Assembly: GCA_963662615.2 (NCBI GenBank)
Contig: CAXXSR010000001.1
Coordinates: 1,856,001-1,920,000, forward strand
Reading direction: 5' to 3'
DNA length: 64,000 nucleotides
Origin: Dehalococcoidia bacterium
GTDB taxonomy: Bacteria; Chloroflexota; Dehalococcoidia; Bin125
Position numbers and translations under genes: made by a program. Below the pieces are notes generated by a model that was given only the letters and a program-made list of their open reading frames with translations, did not search any database and was not told the DNA's origin. Of this stretch, positions 38,509 to 48,909 are shown one piece after another. Each line of letters opens with the position of its first letter. Positions within the stretch are counted from its first letter, which is position 1.

Positions 38509-39450
38509 ATGGTCCAAGCGACCCCCACCTTCACCACAGCCGACTTGGACGCCATGGCGCAGCAAGTCTCGAACTGGGGCCGCTGGGGCGCCGACGACGA
38601 GCGCGGCGCCCTCAACCTCATCACTGACGCCAAGCGCGCCGCCGCCGCCGCCCTCGTCACTGAGGGCGTGGCCGTGAGCTGCGCCCTCCCCCTCGCCGTG
38701 ACGCCCGCGCCGGATAATCCGACCCCGGTGGCGCACCTCATGGTCAAGACCGGCGACGCGACCGAACACGCCGCCATTCCCGGCCTCTTGTCAACGGGCG
38801 ACTACTTCGCCATGGCGCCCCACGGCATTGCCAATACCCACCTGGACGCGCTCTGTCATATCGTCGTTGCCGGCAAGATCTACAACGGCTTCGACGTCGC
38901 AGAGGTGCGCAGCAACGGCGCCCACCGCAACAGCATCATGGCCGCCAAGGACGGCATCGTCAGCCGCGGCGTGCTCCTCGACATCCCCGGCCTCCGCGGC
39001 GTCGACTGGCTCGAGCCGAGCGAGCGCATCGCCCGTGGCGAGCTGGAGGCCGCCGAGGATCGCCAGGGCGTGCGCGTGGAGGCCGGCGACGTCCTCCTCA
39101 TCGCGACCGGGCGCGACGCCCGCCGCGACGCGCATGGCCACTGGGGCATGCTCGACGGCATGGCCGGCCTCGGCGCCGACTGCATCCCCTGGCTGCGCGA
39201 GCGCGACGTCGCCGTCTTAGGCTGCGACGGCGTCTCCGACGCCGTCCTCAACGACACCGAGGGCTGGCCCATGCCCGTCCATCAGATCGTCATCCCCTAC
39301 CTCGGCGTCCACCTGATCGACAACCTGCAGCTGGGCCGGCTCTCGGCGGCCTGCCGCGAGCGCAACCGCTGGGCGTTCCTGTTCACACTCGCGCCCTTGC
39401 GTCTGGAGCGGGGCACCGCCTCGCCCGTCAATCCCATCGCAATGTTTTAG
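38509..39450 (+). CDS. Cyclase family metal-dependent hydrolase (kynurenine formamidase-like)
   Basis: 'SNWGRWG.DDERGALN', 'HG..NTHLDALCH', 'RGVLLDI', 'GTASPVNPIA'. Confidence 0.92.
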   Translation: MVQATPTFTTADLDAMAQQVSNWGRWGADDERGALNLITDAKRAAAAALVTEGVAVSCALPLAVTPAPDNPTPVAHLMVKTGDATEHAAIPGLLSTGDYFAMAPHGIANTHLDALCHIVVAGKIYNGFDVAEVRSNGAHRNSIMAAKDGIVSRGVLLDIPGLRGVDWLEPSERIARGELEAAEDRQGVRVEAGDVLLIATGRDARRDAHGHWGMLDGMAGLGADCIPWLRERDVAVLGCDGVSDAVLNDTEGWPMPVHQIVIPYLGVHLIDNLQLGRLSAACRERNRWAFLFTLAPLRLERGTASPVNPIAMF

Positions 39451-39462
39451 AAGCGCCCCCAA

Positions 39463-39753
39463 CCCGCTCACCCTGACCAGTCCTTCCCTCCTAGGAAGGA
39501 GCCTATCGAAGGGCGCACCTTCCGTTCGTCCTGAGCTTGCCGAAGGACGAACCCTCCCGCCACTTCCTCCTCCCCCTCTCCATCGCCCACCGATGGAGAG
39601 GGGGCTAGGGGGTGAGGTTCCCTGTCCGTCCTGAGCTTGCCCAAGGGTCGAAGGACGAACGCCGCCGACATCGCCCCAAGCGTCAACCCTCAGCGCGAGC
39701 CGCCACCAACGCCGCGCGACCCCGCATGACCCGCGAGCGCGCGTCAAAAAAAG
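39463..39753 (+). repeat. Composite repeat cluster (A-A-C-A-B)
   Basis: Same modules as 34181-34653, between convergent genes. Confidence 0.9.
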
Positions 39754-39781
39754 GCGCCACGCATTCCGACGATTCGCCGCG

Positions 39782-40357
39782 TCAGGATCCCCGCCGACGG
39801 ACCACCGACCGGAACGTCCCTCCCCGCTTGCTGGCTGTGCCGTCCATCGCCTGGCGCATCCGCTTCAGTCCCCGCTGCTGCAGCGCCCGCACCGCCTGTT
39901 CCGACTTCCCCATCTGGCGGGCGACTTGCGCGTGCGAGAGCTGCTCAAAGTAGCGAAGGACCAGCACCTGCCGCTGCGTCTCCGGCAGCACCAGCAGCGC
40001 GCTGCGGAGACGCTCGGCATCGATCTTGCCTTCCAGCAAGGCAACGGGGTTCCCGTACCTGCTCCCCTCGGCCCGCTCAGGAACGTCCGCCAGCGGCGCC
40101 ACCGGCCGCCGTCTCAACTCGCGCACGACTTGGTGATGCGCAATGCGAAAAAGCCACGCGTCGAACCGTCCCACCTGCCGCAGCTGGCGCAGGTCCCTCC
40201 ACGCAAGCAGGAACGTCTCCGCCACCACGTCCTGCGAGCGATCGACGTCCCGCAAGATCGAGCCAACGTAGCGCGACACGGCCCCTGCGCGCGCGCGGTA
40301 GAGCGCCGCGAACGCTTCGCGGTCGCCTCCCTTCGCACGGGCGACCAACTCTTCCAC
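39782..40357 (-). CDS. ECF RNA polymerase sigma factor (paralog of 2763-3359)
   Basis: 'GDREAFAALY..GAVSRYVGSILRDVDR..FDAWLFRIAH', 'LPETQRQVLVLRY..VARQMGKSE.AV'. Confidence 0.95.
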   Translation of the reverse strand: MEELVARAKGGDREAFAALYRARAGAVSRYVGSILRDVDRSQDVVAETFLLAWRDLRQLRQVGRFDAWLFRIAHHQVVRELRRRPVAPLADVPERAEGSRYGNPVALLEGKIDAERLRSALLVLPETQRQVLVLRYFEQLSHAQVARQMGKSEQAVRALQQRGLKRMRQAMDGTASKRGGTFRSVVRRRGS

Positions 40358-40541
40358 TGGACTTTCGTGCCCTGCCTTTACGCCGCCTTCGTTGCCAGTG
40401 GCGCTAGCGTGCCTTCTCGTTTCGGTTCGATCCGGTGACGACGCTCTCCTCCCCGAAGCCGCCGCACGACCGTCCGCTCAACCGTAACAAGACGGACGGG
40501 GCCCTTGGGCCCCGCCCCTCGATCGCTAATCGATAGCCGCG

Positions 40542-42716
40542 CTAGTCGTCGTCGTCGTCCTCCTCATTCTCGTCCTCGTCCTCCTCATCGTCGGCGTTGT
40601 CATCCAAGGCCAAGGCCTCGGGGCCGTCCGAATCCTCCTCACCGTCCTCCTCGATCTCGATTTGCATCTCACCATCTTCGATCTCGATCTCAATCTCCAT
40701 CCCACCGACGTGGATCTCCATCTCGAATTCGATCTCGCCGTCGCTGAGCGCTCCCGCTCCCGGGTCGATCCCCAGAGCGTCGAGGAGACTGCGCACGAAA
40801 GCCAGGATGTCGGCCGCCCCCAGGCTAGAGATGACGGGGCCGTCGTTGTCGAGGTTGGTGACCGCAACGTTGGCCGGGTTGATCCCGTCGAACGTGCCGT
40901 CCCCACTCACGGCCGCATCGGTGACAACCGTGTAGGCGATGTTGCCATCGTCCACCGCATCAGCAACACCGGTGACAGTGACCGTCTGCGGCGTCGAAAA
41001 GTTGACCGCAGTAAAGGTCAGGCTCGTCGGCGAGACCGTTCCCTCCGTCGTGTCATCGGAGGAGATACCGATCGTCACGTCCGCCGTCGGCTCGGACGTC
41101 AGGACCACGGTGAAGGTGTCCGTACCACCGCCCTCGGTCGTCTCCAAGCCCGTCGTGGGGGTCACCGTGATTCCGGCCCCCTCCACGATGGCCGTGACGG
41201 TGACCGTGCCCGACGTTGCCGGACCCGTACCGCTGGACAGGGCGCTCTGCTTGACAGTGACGTCCAGGGTGCGGTTCGCGTCGAAGTCCGTCCCATCGTA
41301 TTCCAGGGTGATCCTCGCCCGGGTATTACCGAGGCGGGTGACCGTCTCGATCGTCGTGCCCGGCACGGTGCCGCCAACGGCGAAATCGCCCGTAGCGAGC
41401 GCGGCGTCAAACGTGCCGCCGTCTATCTCGACCCTGACCGTCGCTCCGTCCAGGTCGTCCTCGCGCAGCGAGGCCGGGTTGGTCGATAAGATCGTTGCCG
41501 TCAACGCGCCTACTGCTGCCACATTGAAGGCGCTGCTGATGGCCGCTGTGAGCACGGGCGACGACGTGAACTTGAGCGTGTAGCCGGTCCCTGGGGTGTC
41601 AACCTCCAGGTTCGTGAACGTCACCACGCCGTTCACGGCCTCTACCGTCAGCGTGCCGCCCTCGGGGTTGGTCTCGATCGCCGCCGTCACTTCGGTAGTC
41701 GAGTCCGACGTCACGACGCTGCCGAACTGGTCCTGGATTGCAATGACCGGCTGTGGCGACAACGCCAACCCTGCGATGCCGTTGCCCGGTTGCGTCTGAA
41801 TTCCAAGCTGGGTAGCCGTCCCCGCCGACACGTTGAAGGGGCCGCTCGTGGCCGGCACCAGGCCCGTAGCCGTGAAATCCAGCGTGTAGCCGTCCCCGGC
41901 CTTGTCGATCTCCAGGTTCGTGAACGTCGCCACGCCGTCCGATACCATTACCGTCTGTGTCCCGCCCAGGACGCCCGTGCCCGGGTTGTTGTTGATCGCC
42001 GCCGTTACGTCAGTGGTCGAGTCCGAGGTCACGACGTTGCCGAACTGGTCCTGGATCTCAACGACCGGCTGTGCCGTGAAAGCGGTGCCGCCCGTCGCCC
42101 CGGCGGGTTGCGTCTGCACGGCGAGCTGTGTAGCCGCTCCATGCGTGACGGTGATGTTCGAGATACCGCTATTGATCTCCAGAACAGGAGCGCCCGCCGT
42201 TCCGGTCGCGGTGATCTCGCCCCCCTGCGCTCCCGGATTTGCTCCATTCGTCGGCTGGAGCAGGCTCGGCGTCCCGCCTCCGACGGTGATGGTGAGGGCG
42301 CCCGCTGCGCCCGCGCCGGTGAAGGTAATGACAACATCGCCGGAAACAATTGCTGCACTCGCGGCGGCAGTACCTACGCCTGCGCCCCCGACGACCACAT
42401 CAGGTGCCGGAGTGACAAAGACGAGGCCTGTTGGTGGATTCAGTACGACCGTCTCGCCGTCCCCGACCTCCGTGCCGTCCGCGAACGTGATGACGAGGTC
42501 CTGTGAGTTCGCGGCATTCAGATCCGTCGCCGCCGGAGACGTTGCGTCCTCGGCGGTATCGACGCTGATGGTGACGTCCCCAAAGCCCGTAGTGAGAGCG
42601 CCACCGGCATCAGCGATGACGATCATCACGAACAGCGCGACCGCCAGCGCGGCCACGCTGGCAGCCAGCGTCGCGATCAGCGGCGCCCTGAAGAGTCTCC
42701 GTCCTCGTGCTTCCAT
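40542..42716 (-). CDS. Large surface protein with Ig-like repeats, Calx-beta-like domain and acidic C-terminus
   Basis: N-terminal signal/TM; two 'ATQL..QTQP..QPV..IQDQFG.VVTSDSTT' repeats; 'TTEGGGTDTFTVVLTSEPTADVTI'; E/D-rich tail. Confidence 0.85.
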   Translation of the reverse strand: MEARGRRLFRAPLIATLAASVAALAVALFVMIVIADAGGALTTGFGDVTISVDTAEDATSPAATDLNAANSQDLVITFADGTEVGDGETVVLNPPTGLVFVTPAPDVVVGGAGVGTAAASAAIVSGDVVITFTGAGAAGALTITVGGGTPSLLQPTNGANPGAQGGEITATGTAGAPVLEINSGISNITVTHGAATQLAVQTQPAGATGGTAFTAQPVVEIQDQFGNVVTSDSTTDVTAAINNNPGTGVLGGTQTVMVSDGVATFTNLEIDKAGDGYTLDFTATGLVPATSGPFNVSAGTATQLGIQTQPGNGIAGLALSPQPVIAIQDQFGSVVTSDSTTEVTAAIETNPEGGTLTVEAVNGVVTFTNLEVDTPGTGYTLKFTSSPVLTAAISSAFNVAAVGALTATILSTNPASLREDDLDGATVRVEIDGGTFDAALATGDFAVGGTVPGTTIETVTRLGNTRARITLEYDGTDFDANRTLDVTVKQSALSSGTGPATSGTVTVTAIVEGAGITVTPTTGLETTEGGGTDTFTVVLTSEPTADVTIGISSDDTTEGTVSPTSLTFTAVNFSTPQTVTVTGVADAVDDGNIAYTVVTDAAVSGDGTFDGINPANVAVTNLDNDGPVISSLGAADILAFVRSLLDALGIDPGAGALSDGEIEFEMEIHVGGMEIEIEIEDGEMQIEIEEDGEEDSDGPEALALDDNADDEEDEDENEEDDDDD

Positions 42717-42773
42717 TGCGGTTCCGTCCTTTCCGCGCAGACACGCTGCCAATGAGGCCAGGGGGAGTGCGCT

Positions 42774-43934
42774 CTAGTCGCCGTCTTCGCCGTCGTCCTC
42801 ACTTTGCACGCCGGCCCCATCCAGGGCCTCCTCACACGCCTCTTCCGCCTCCTCGTCGTCCAGTTCGTCGCACGCCTCCCTGAGCGCGTGGTACTCAGCC
42901 TTCGCCCCCTTCTCGACGTCATCGATCGCCTCTTCGCAGGCGCCCAGCTCCTCCTCGCTGCTGATTCCGCTGCACAGCTCCCCCACAAGCGGCAGCGGCG
43001 CCGTGGAGCCGGCCTCGCCCGCGGCGCCGGAATCCGCCGAGTTGAGCTGCGCCTCGACCGCCTCTTCAAGGTCGTCCAGGGTGTCTTGGCAAGCCTCCAG
43101 CGCGTCTCTGCTTGTCACCTCACTGCAGCTCTGCGCCACGATCTCAACCAGCTCCTCCACGTAGGCCTCTTCCACGCTGTTCACCACGGAGCCCAACGTC
43201 TCCAGTGAGGCGCCCAGCGAGTCCGAAAGGGTGGGCGCAGCCGTCACGGAGGCGCTCTCTCCAGGATCCGCGGCAGGCGGCGTGTCGGGCTTCGTTCCCG
43301 TTTCTGGTTCCGCTTCCGCCTCTCGCTCTGTCCCCTCCACCCCCGGGACCGACGCCAGCGAGCCCTGCACCTCGGCCAGGGTCGCCGCCACGCTCTTCAG
43401 ATCGTCAAGCGCAAGCTCGGAAAGGACGCCCCCGTCGTCGTCAAGCGCCGCTGCCAGCGCCCCCGCGCGCTCGTGCACCTCGGCACGCTCCGCCGCGGAG
43501 ATCTGCGCATCCAAAACGATCGCGTCGGTGAGCCGCGCCAGATCCTCAACGTCCCTGAAGAACTCGGCGCTGGCGTCGTCCTTCGGTATGAGCAGGAGCA
43601 CCGCGCTAACGGCCACGCCGATCAACACTGCGGCCGCCACCGCGGACGCGACCCGAGGCACCACCGCGGCGAAGGCGGGCAAGGGCGGCCCCCAGCCTGC
43701 CCATCCACGCTGCCGGGTCCGCTCAATGCCAGGCTCCACCTTGTCCCAAATGGCATCGACGTCAAGGCACGGACCGCTCGCAGCGAACTCCTCGATCGCC
43801 AGCGCTGCATCGGCCAGAGGGTCACGCTCCGCGTCCGCGGGGAGCGCCTCCCCCTGCCGACGCGCGGCGATCCGCCGCTCCACCGCGTCTAGGTCGTCTG
43901 CGTCCACGTCGGCGGCGTTGGGCTTGTCTGCCAT
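42774..43934 (-). CDS. Putative membrane-anchored anti-sigma factor (paralog of 1189-2766)
   Basis: 'LDAVERRIAARR..LADAALA..DVDAIW..VEPGI', TM helix, helical domain, Cys-containing acidic tail. Confidence 0.7.
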   Translation of the reverse strand: MADKPNAADVDADDLDAVERRIAARRQGEALPADAERDPLADAALAIEEFAASGPCLDVDAIWDKVEPGIERTRQRGWAGWGPPLPAFAAVVPRVASAVAAAVLIGVAVSAVLLLIPKDDASAEFFRDVEDLARLTDAIVLDAQISAAERAEVHERAGALAAALDDDGGVLSELALDDLKSVAATLAEVQGSLASVPGVEGTEREAEAEPETGTKPDTPPAADPGESASVTAAPTLSDSLGASLETLGSVVNSVEEAYVEELVEIVAQSCSEVTSRDALEACQDTLDDLEEAVEAQLNSADSGAAGEAGSTAPLPLVGELCSGISSEEELGACEEAIDDVEKGAKAEYHALREACDELDDEEAEEACEEALDGAGVQSEDDGEDGD

Positions 43935-43995
43935 GTAGCCGGACCCCCGGCCCGCACCCTCTCTGCGACGGAGCGCTGGAGAGAGGAGGGCCTCC

Positions 43996-44330
43996 CCTGA
44001 CCGCTCCTTCCCTCCTGGGAAGGAGCCTGTCGAAGGGCCGAAGGAGCGAGCAGCGCTTGAGACTCGTCCCCTTTAACTGGTCCGGCGGAGCGGAGTTCGT
44101 GACGATCGATCAGGGGCGGCTTCTGTTAACCGCTTGACATCCATGACCGTCGCGCGACCCCGGATGACACACGAGCGCGCGTCCAATAACCGCTCACCCT
44201 GAGCCTGTCGAAGGGTCGAAGGGCGCCGACGTCGTCCTGATCATCAAGCCCCAGCGCGAGCGGTCACGAACGGCGCGCTGGCCCAGACGAGTCGCGAGCG
44301 CGGGCGAAAAAGTCGAAGGACGAACGCCGA
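43996..44330 (+). repeat. Composite repeat cluster (A, partial B, A, B)
   Basis: cctgaccgctccttccctcctgggaaggagcctgtcgaaggg; ccgctcaccctgagcctgtcgaaggg; gcgcgagcggtcacgaac..cgagcgcgggcgaaaaa. Confidence 0.75.
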
Positions 44331-44629
44331 TGGCGGGCAGGGAGCGGACTTGAGCCCACTTCGATCTGCTCATTCCCGGCCAGCGCTCCTTCGGCCCACG
44401 TCGCAATATCGTTGAAGTGGGCGGCCAGGTGCGGGCTCTCGTAGTCTCTCGACTGCAGGAGGCCGGCGATGGCGACCTCCCGGATCGAGCGCAGCGCCTC
44501 CAGCATCCCCTCGGAGGCGCTGCCGTCCATTCTTGCCGCGGACGGTGACAATCCCTCCTCAATGTCGTGCAGCCCTCGCAAGAGCCGGTCGCGCCATTCG
44601 ACGTACGGCGTCAGTGTGCGATTACGCAT
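44264..44629 (-). CDS. Small hypothetical helical protein
   Basis: AAGGAG RBS before ATG; globular-looking sequence; C-terminus runs into repeat DNA. Confidence 0.6.
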   Translation of the reverse strand: MRNRTLTPYVEWRDRLLRGLHDIEEGLSPSAARMDGSASEGMLEALRSIREVAIAGLLQSRDYESPHLAAHFNDIATWAEGALAGNEQIEVGSSPLPARHRRSSFDFFARARDSSGPARRS

Positions 44630-45137
44630 CGTTGGGCTCCTTCCCATCCCTATTCAAGCTCTGTCGTTCGCTCCTCGACTCCTGAACACGCTCGACCTGT
44701 CCCGCCTATAGCGCGGCGGCGCTTCCGCCTTCGGCCCCAGCGCGCTGCGCCGTCTGCGAATCCGCGAAGAAAGGTCTGGCCACGGGCGCCGGCCCGCCGC
44801 CGTGGAGAGGGCACGACCGCGGAGCGCCCTCTGCCGTGGCTCGAGCCACGCGGCAGCGAGCGCCCACCACGCGCCGTCGAGGGCCGGTTGCCGGACGCTG
44901 TGGAACCGGTTCTGTCGAACACAAAAGAAGGCAACCATCCGCGAAACGCCTCCTTGCGTAACGCGGCGCTGCCTTCTGCGTCTGTCTGTTGACAGCCGGC
45001 GCTCGGTACCTTCGCTGCCCCTTGACACGCGGGGAGGGGTCAGCGGAACGTCGGCTCGTCTATCTTCGCCCGCAGCCTAACGGCGCCTCCAGCCGTTATC
45101 AAAGGCGTGGACGCGGCGCTGCCCCGCCACTCCCCGC

Positions 45138-45716
45138 TCGCCCTGGGGCAGGTGGGTGGGACAAAAACCAAGGGCGGGGGGCGGGCATCCGCTCACCGTT
45201 CGCTGGCCTGTCCTGCGCTTGCCTGTCCTGAGCCTGTCGAAGGACCGAAGGATCGAAGAGCCTGCCCTGAGCTTGTCGAAGGGGCGAAGCGCCTCCTCCT
45301 CCCTCCCCACCTCCTCCCCCTCTCCATCGCTCGCCGATGGAGAGGGGCCGGGGGTGAGGTTCCCCCTCCGCCCTGCGCCTGCCTGCCCTAACCTGTCCTT
45401 CCCTCCTGGGAAGGAGCTTGCCGAAGGGTCGAAGCGCGCACCTTCCGTTCGTCCTGACCTGTCCTTCCCTCCTGGGAAGGAGCCTGTCGAAGGACGAACG
45501 CCGCCGACATCGCCCCGAGCATGAACCCTCGGCGCGAGCCGCCACCAACGCCGCGATCCTTAGCACCCGCTGCGAGCGCACGTGGAAAAAACCGTTCGTC
45601 CTGAGCCTGTCGAAGGACGAACGCCGCCGACATCGCCCAAAGCATGAACCCTCGGCGCGAGCGGCCACCAACGCCGCGATCCATCGCACCCGCTGCGAGC
45701 GCACGTGGAAAAGCCG
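45138..45716 (+). repeat. Composite repeat cluster (D-A-A-C-A-A-B-A-B)
   Basis: About 580 bp built almost entirely from the four modules, downstream of folE. Confidence 0.9.
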
Positions 45717-45725
45717 CCCCGATGC

Positions 45726-46358
45726 CTAGGGGTGGATCCCGCCCCCGTCGATGCGGTTGAAGAACTCCGCCCGCGTTTTCGCGTCGTCCCGAAACGCACC
45801 CAACAGGGCGCTGGTTCGCATCCGCGCATTGGCCTTCTTGGCTCCCCGCATCGCCACGCACATGTGCAGCGCGTCCACCACCACGCCCACGCCCTGCGGC
45901 TTGATCAGCTCGTCCAGCAACTTCGCGATCTGATTGGTCATCCGCTCCTGCACCTGCATCCGACGCGCGAACGCATCCACCACCCGCGGAATCTTTGACA
46001 GCCCCACAACCGTCTTGTCGGGCACATAGGCCACGTGCGCCTCGCCAATGATGGGCAGGAGGTGATGCTCGCATAGGCTGTAGAACTCAATCTGGCTCAC
46101 CACCACCATCTGCTCATACTCTTCCACAAAAAGCGCGTTATTGAGCAGCGCCACGGGATCCACCGTGTAGCCCGCCAGCAATTCGTCGAACATGCGCGCC
46201 ACGCGCTCAGGCGTGCCCCGCAAGCCCTCGCGCTCAGGATCTTCGCCCACGCTGTCCAGGATGTGCAGCACCGAATTGGCGACCTCGCGTTTGCAGTCCG
46301 CTGCCAGCACCGGTCCATCCGTCAGCCGCGCCGAAAGTTCATCCGAAATGGTGTGCAC
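45726..46358 (-). CDS. folE: GTP cyclohydrolase I
   Basis: 'GEDPEREGL.GTP.RVA', 'SLCEHH', 'GLSKIPR', 'QVQER', 'HMCVAMRG'; GGAGG RBS + GTG. Confidence 0.97.
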   Translation of the reverse strand: MHTISDELSARLTDGPVLAADCKREVANSVLHILDSVGEDPEREGLRGTPERVARMFDELLAGYTVDPVALLNNALFVEEYEQMVVVSQIEFYSLCEHHLLPIIGEAHVAYVPDKTVVGLSKIPRVVDAFARRMQVQERMTNQIAKLLDELIKPQGVGVVVDALHMCVAMRGAKKANARMRTSALLGAFRDDAKTRAEFFNRIDGGGIHP

Positions 46359-46705
46359 TGCGATCCTCCATCTATCAACGCTCAGCTGGACGACCCCCCG
46401 CCGTGCGGGCAATCGCTGGAGACCATGTCCCCCAGCTCCCCGCGCGCGGTTGCAGAGTAGCCAAAAGCACGCCGACGGTGTGAGGCGCGATAGCAGCCTC
46501 TAAGCAGCCGGCATTTGGGAACGTGGAGACCGCAGCGAGGCGCCTGCCCGCTGCCTGGGACACCGCGCCGATGTCGACACCGCCGCCACGACGACACCGT
46601 CATCACACAGCGAACCGCGCAACGCCCCGGGCCGGCGATGATCGAAACCACGCAGGCTGCCCTCGCCCAGGCGATGCCGGGCTCCCCGGCGCCCGGGCGA
46701 GCTGC

Positions 46706-48082
46706 TTACTCCAGCAAGCGCACCACCGGGTCACCGCCGGGAATGACGTAGTTCACGAACTCGATCGCAATGTTCCCCGAGCCGGAAAGGTCGAACGTAT
46801 CGACGATGATCTGGACGGGCCCCAAGTTCCCGCTGCCGGACATCGCGAGCTCTGCGCCGGGGAGGTAGATGACACCGCCCAAGCTGTCGCCGCTGCCCTC
46901 CAGCGTCATGCTCTTGTCGCAAGCGATGTCCTGCCAAAAGACAATGTCCGTATAGGGCCCGCTGGCCGGACCCGTGAAGACATTGTTCCCCGAGCCGCGG
47001 AGATCGATCCGTTGGCAGCGCGCCGGGCTCGCCGGATTACCTTGGGGGACGTACGGGTCGTTGGTGTTGTAGATCATCACCCCGTTCCCGTTGAGGTCGC
47101 CCGATCCGCTGTACACGAAACCGCCGCCCGCCATCACGTAGATCCCGGAGGCAAAGACCAGATTGCCGCTGGCGGACATCTGGATGCCGCCGTAGTACAC
47201 GCCGGGCTGGATGACGGTCGGGCCCGAACCGGTGATATGGAGAGTCGCTGGGGACTCGGCGGTGCCGCCGGAGTCGGGCGAGATGCTGGCCGGCGACGTG
47301 CCCGGCGGCGTCAGGCTCGCAAGCGGATCGGGCACGCGCGCGCCGTACGGCTCCGGCCAGGGCGTGTAGACGCCCGACCCGCTGAGCGTCTCCGTCCCCT
47401 CGTAGTAGTAGTGGATCATCGACGCCTGCACGTCGCCGCTGCCCACGCCGTTCAAGGCCCCGTTCGACGGGTTGTTGCAGGCGGAATTCACCATGATGCC
47501 GCCGCCTTGAATGTCCAGAAGGCCGCTGCCGGACTTGTCGTAGGAGCGGCACTCGTCCTCATTCAACGTCAAGAGCGCGTAGCCGCCGCTCCCCCCTGGA
47601 ACGCTGCGCGCCACCGCGCGCGCGCTGCGATTCCCAAAGTCGTGAATCACGTACGACGGCGGCGCCGTCACCGTGACCTCAACGGCCATCGCGTCGCCCT
47701 GGTACGGCGTCACCACGGTCACGGGCGCGCCGTCCACACCGTCCCCGAAGCCGTTCCCCTCCGCATAATCCTGTGCCACCGCCGTCGCCAGCGAAGCGTT
47801 CGGGAGGTCCTGGGCCGCAGCGAGAGAGGCTGCATCGGCCGCGTTCTGCAACTCGCGCCGCGTGCTCAGCGCCATGCCGCCATCAATGACGATGCCCATG
47901 AACACAAGGAGGAGGGGAAACAGCAGCGCGACAAGGATGAGAGTCAGGCCCTGCTCATCGCCCCACAATCGCCCACGCCGGCAGACACGGAGATGCGCGC
48001 TCCCCCAGCGGCCTGCGGCCGCCAACGCCCGGCGCCAACGCCCCACTGGACGAGCTGACAATCGCGGTGGCCGAGCTGTCAT
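46706..48082 (-). CDS. TadG-like (Tad/Flp pilus-associated) protein
   Basis: 'DEQG..LILVALL..GIVIDGG..RRELQNAADAASLAAA'; Gly/Ser-rich beta C-terminus ending 'VRLLE'. Confidence 0.88.
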   Translation of the reverse strand: MTARPPRLSARPVGRWRRALAAAGRWGSAHLRVCRRGRLWGDEQGLTLILVALLFPLLLVFMGIVIDGGMALSTRRELQNAADAASLAAAQDLPNASLATAVAQDYAEGNGFGDGVDGAPVTVVTPYQGDAMAVEVTVTAPPSYVIHDFGNRSARAVARSVPGGSGGYALLTLNEDECRSYDKSGSGLLDIQGGGIMVNSACNNPSNGALNGVGSGDVQASMIHYYYEGTETLSGSGVYTPWPEPYGARVPDPLASLTPPGTSPASISPDSGGTAESPATLHITGSGPTVIQPGVYYGGIQMSASGNLVFASGIYVMAGGGFVYSGSGDLNGNGVMIYNTNDPYVPQGNPASPARCQRIDLRGSGNNVFTGPASGPYTDIVFWQDIACDKSMTLEGSGDSLGGVIYLPGAELAMSGSGNLGPVQIIVDTFDLSGSGNIAIEFVNYVIPGGDPVVRLLE

Positions 48083-48532
48083 TCTCGCTCTCGATCGATA
48101 CGAGGACGCCGGCGCACTGACCCTGGATGGGTCGCGCGCAGGCGCGGGGCCGCGAACCCGCCGCCCTCCATATCAATGGTCGGCGCCCGGCACGCCTCCT
48201 TGAGCCAACGCGTCCTTAAGCCAACGCCTCCTTGAACCGACGCCACCACGCGTTGCTCCACGCGCAGCGGTCCTACGACTCTCGACACGAGCCAAACGCG
48301 AACACCGTCCGCCAAGGGGCCAGGGGCGGCCCGCCACCTCGCCCACGCGGGCAGCCTCCGGCGCGCCCGGCGAAGGGGTGAGGTCCTTACTTGGTCAGTC
48401 TGGAAATGCGCGATTCCCACCGCGATCGCCCGCGGAGTTTTGCCGGACGCGCCCGCACCCGCCGATGCGCCCGCACCCGCCGAAGCGCCAGCCGCGACCG
48501 GCGCCCGGGCGCTGTCCTGGCGGCGGACGGCC

Positions 48533-48751
48533 CTACCGCCGGTGGACGGCCTCCAAAATCGTGCTCAAGTGTCCAATGGCGCTGCGTTGCAGCAGGCGCA
48601 CATCCGCCACACTGCGCCCCAGCCGCGTCGCAATCGTCTCGGAGGAGAGCCCCTCAAACATGCGCAGCTCCACCACCACCCGCTCCCAGCGCGGCAGCGC
48701 AGAGAGCCCGCTCCCAAGGTCGGTCTCAGTCCAGGTCGTCACGGTCCCCAT
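48533..48751 (-). CDS. Stand-alone sigma-70 region 4 domain protein (72 aa)
   Basis: GGAGAGG RBS; 'LSALPRWERVVVELRMFEGLSSETIATRLGRS..VRLLQRSAI..L'. Confidence 0.7.
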   Translation of the reverse strand: MGTVTTWTETDLGSGLSALPRWERVVVELRMFEGLSSETIATRLGRSVADVRLLQRSAIGHLSTILEAVHRR

Positions 48752-48909
48752 CCCCTCTCCCTGGCACGTGCGCCTCCCGGCGCGGCTGCCCATCCCGACG
48801 GCGCATCGACGCCGCCTCGCTGTGCCCATCCATCTGTAAGACGCAGCCGCGCCCAGATCCTTACAATCGCACCGCCACGCCGCCCCACCGCCCTGCACGC
48901 CGCCACCCC

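Noticed and set aside
40420-40440. tRNA T-loop-like ggttcga hits (also ~54416)
   Set aside because: No cloverleaf stems around them.
45099-45729. ORFs made of repeat translations (PFDRLRT, LSLSKDER)
   Set aside because: These are translations of the non-coding palindromic repeats; the same applies at 17981-19448, 32436-33554 and 48914-49431.
46452-46555. THF-riboswitch-like ends (gcagagtag...ccgctgc) next to folE
   Set aside because: It lies on the strand opposite folE and lacks the internal conserved core; an Infernal/Rfam scan would settle it.
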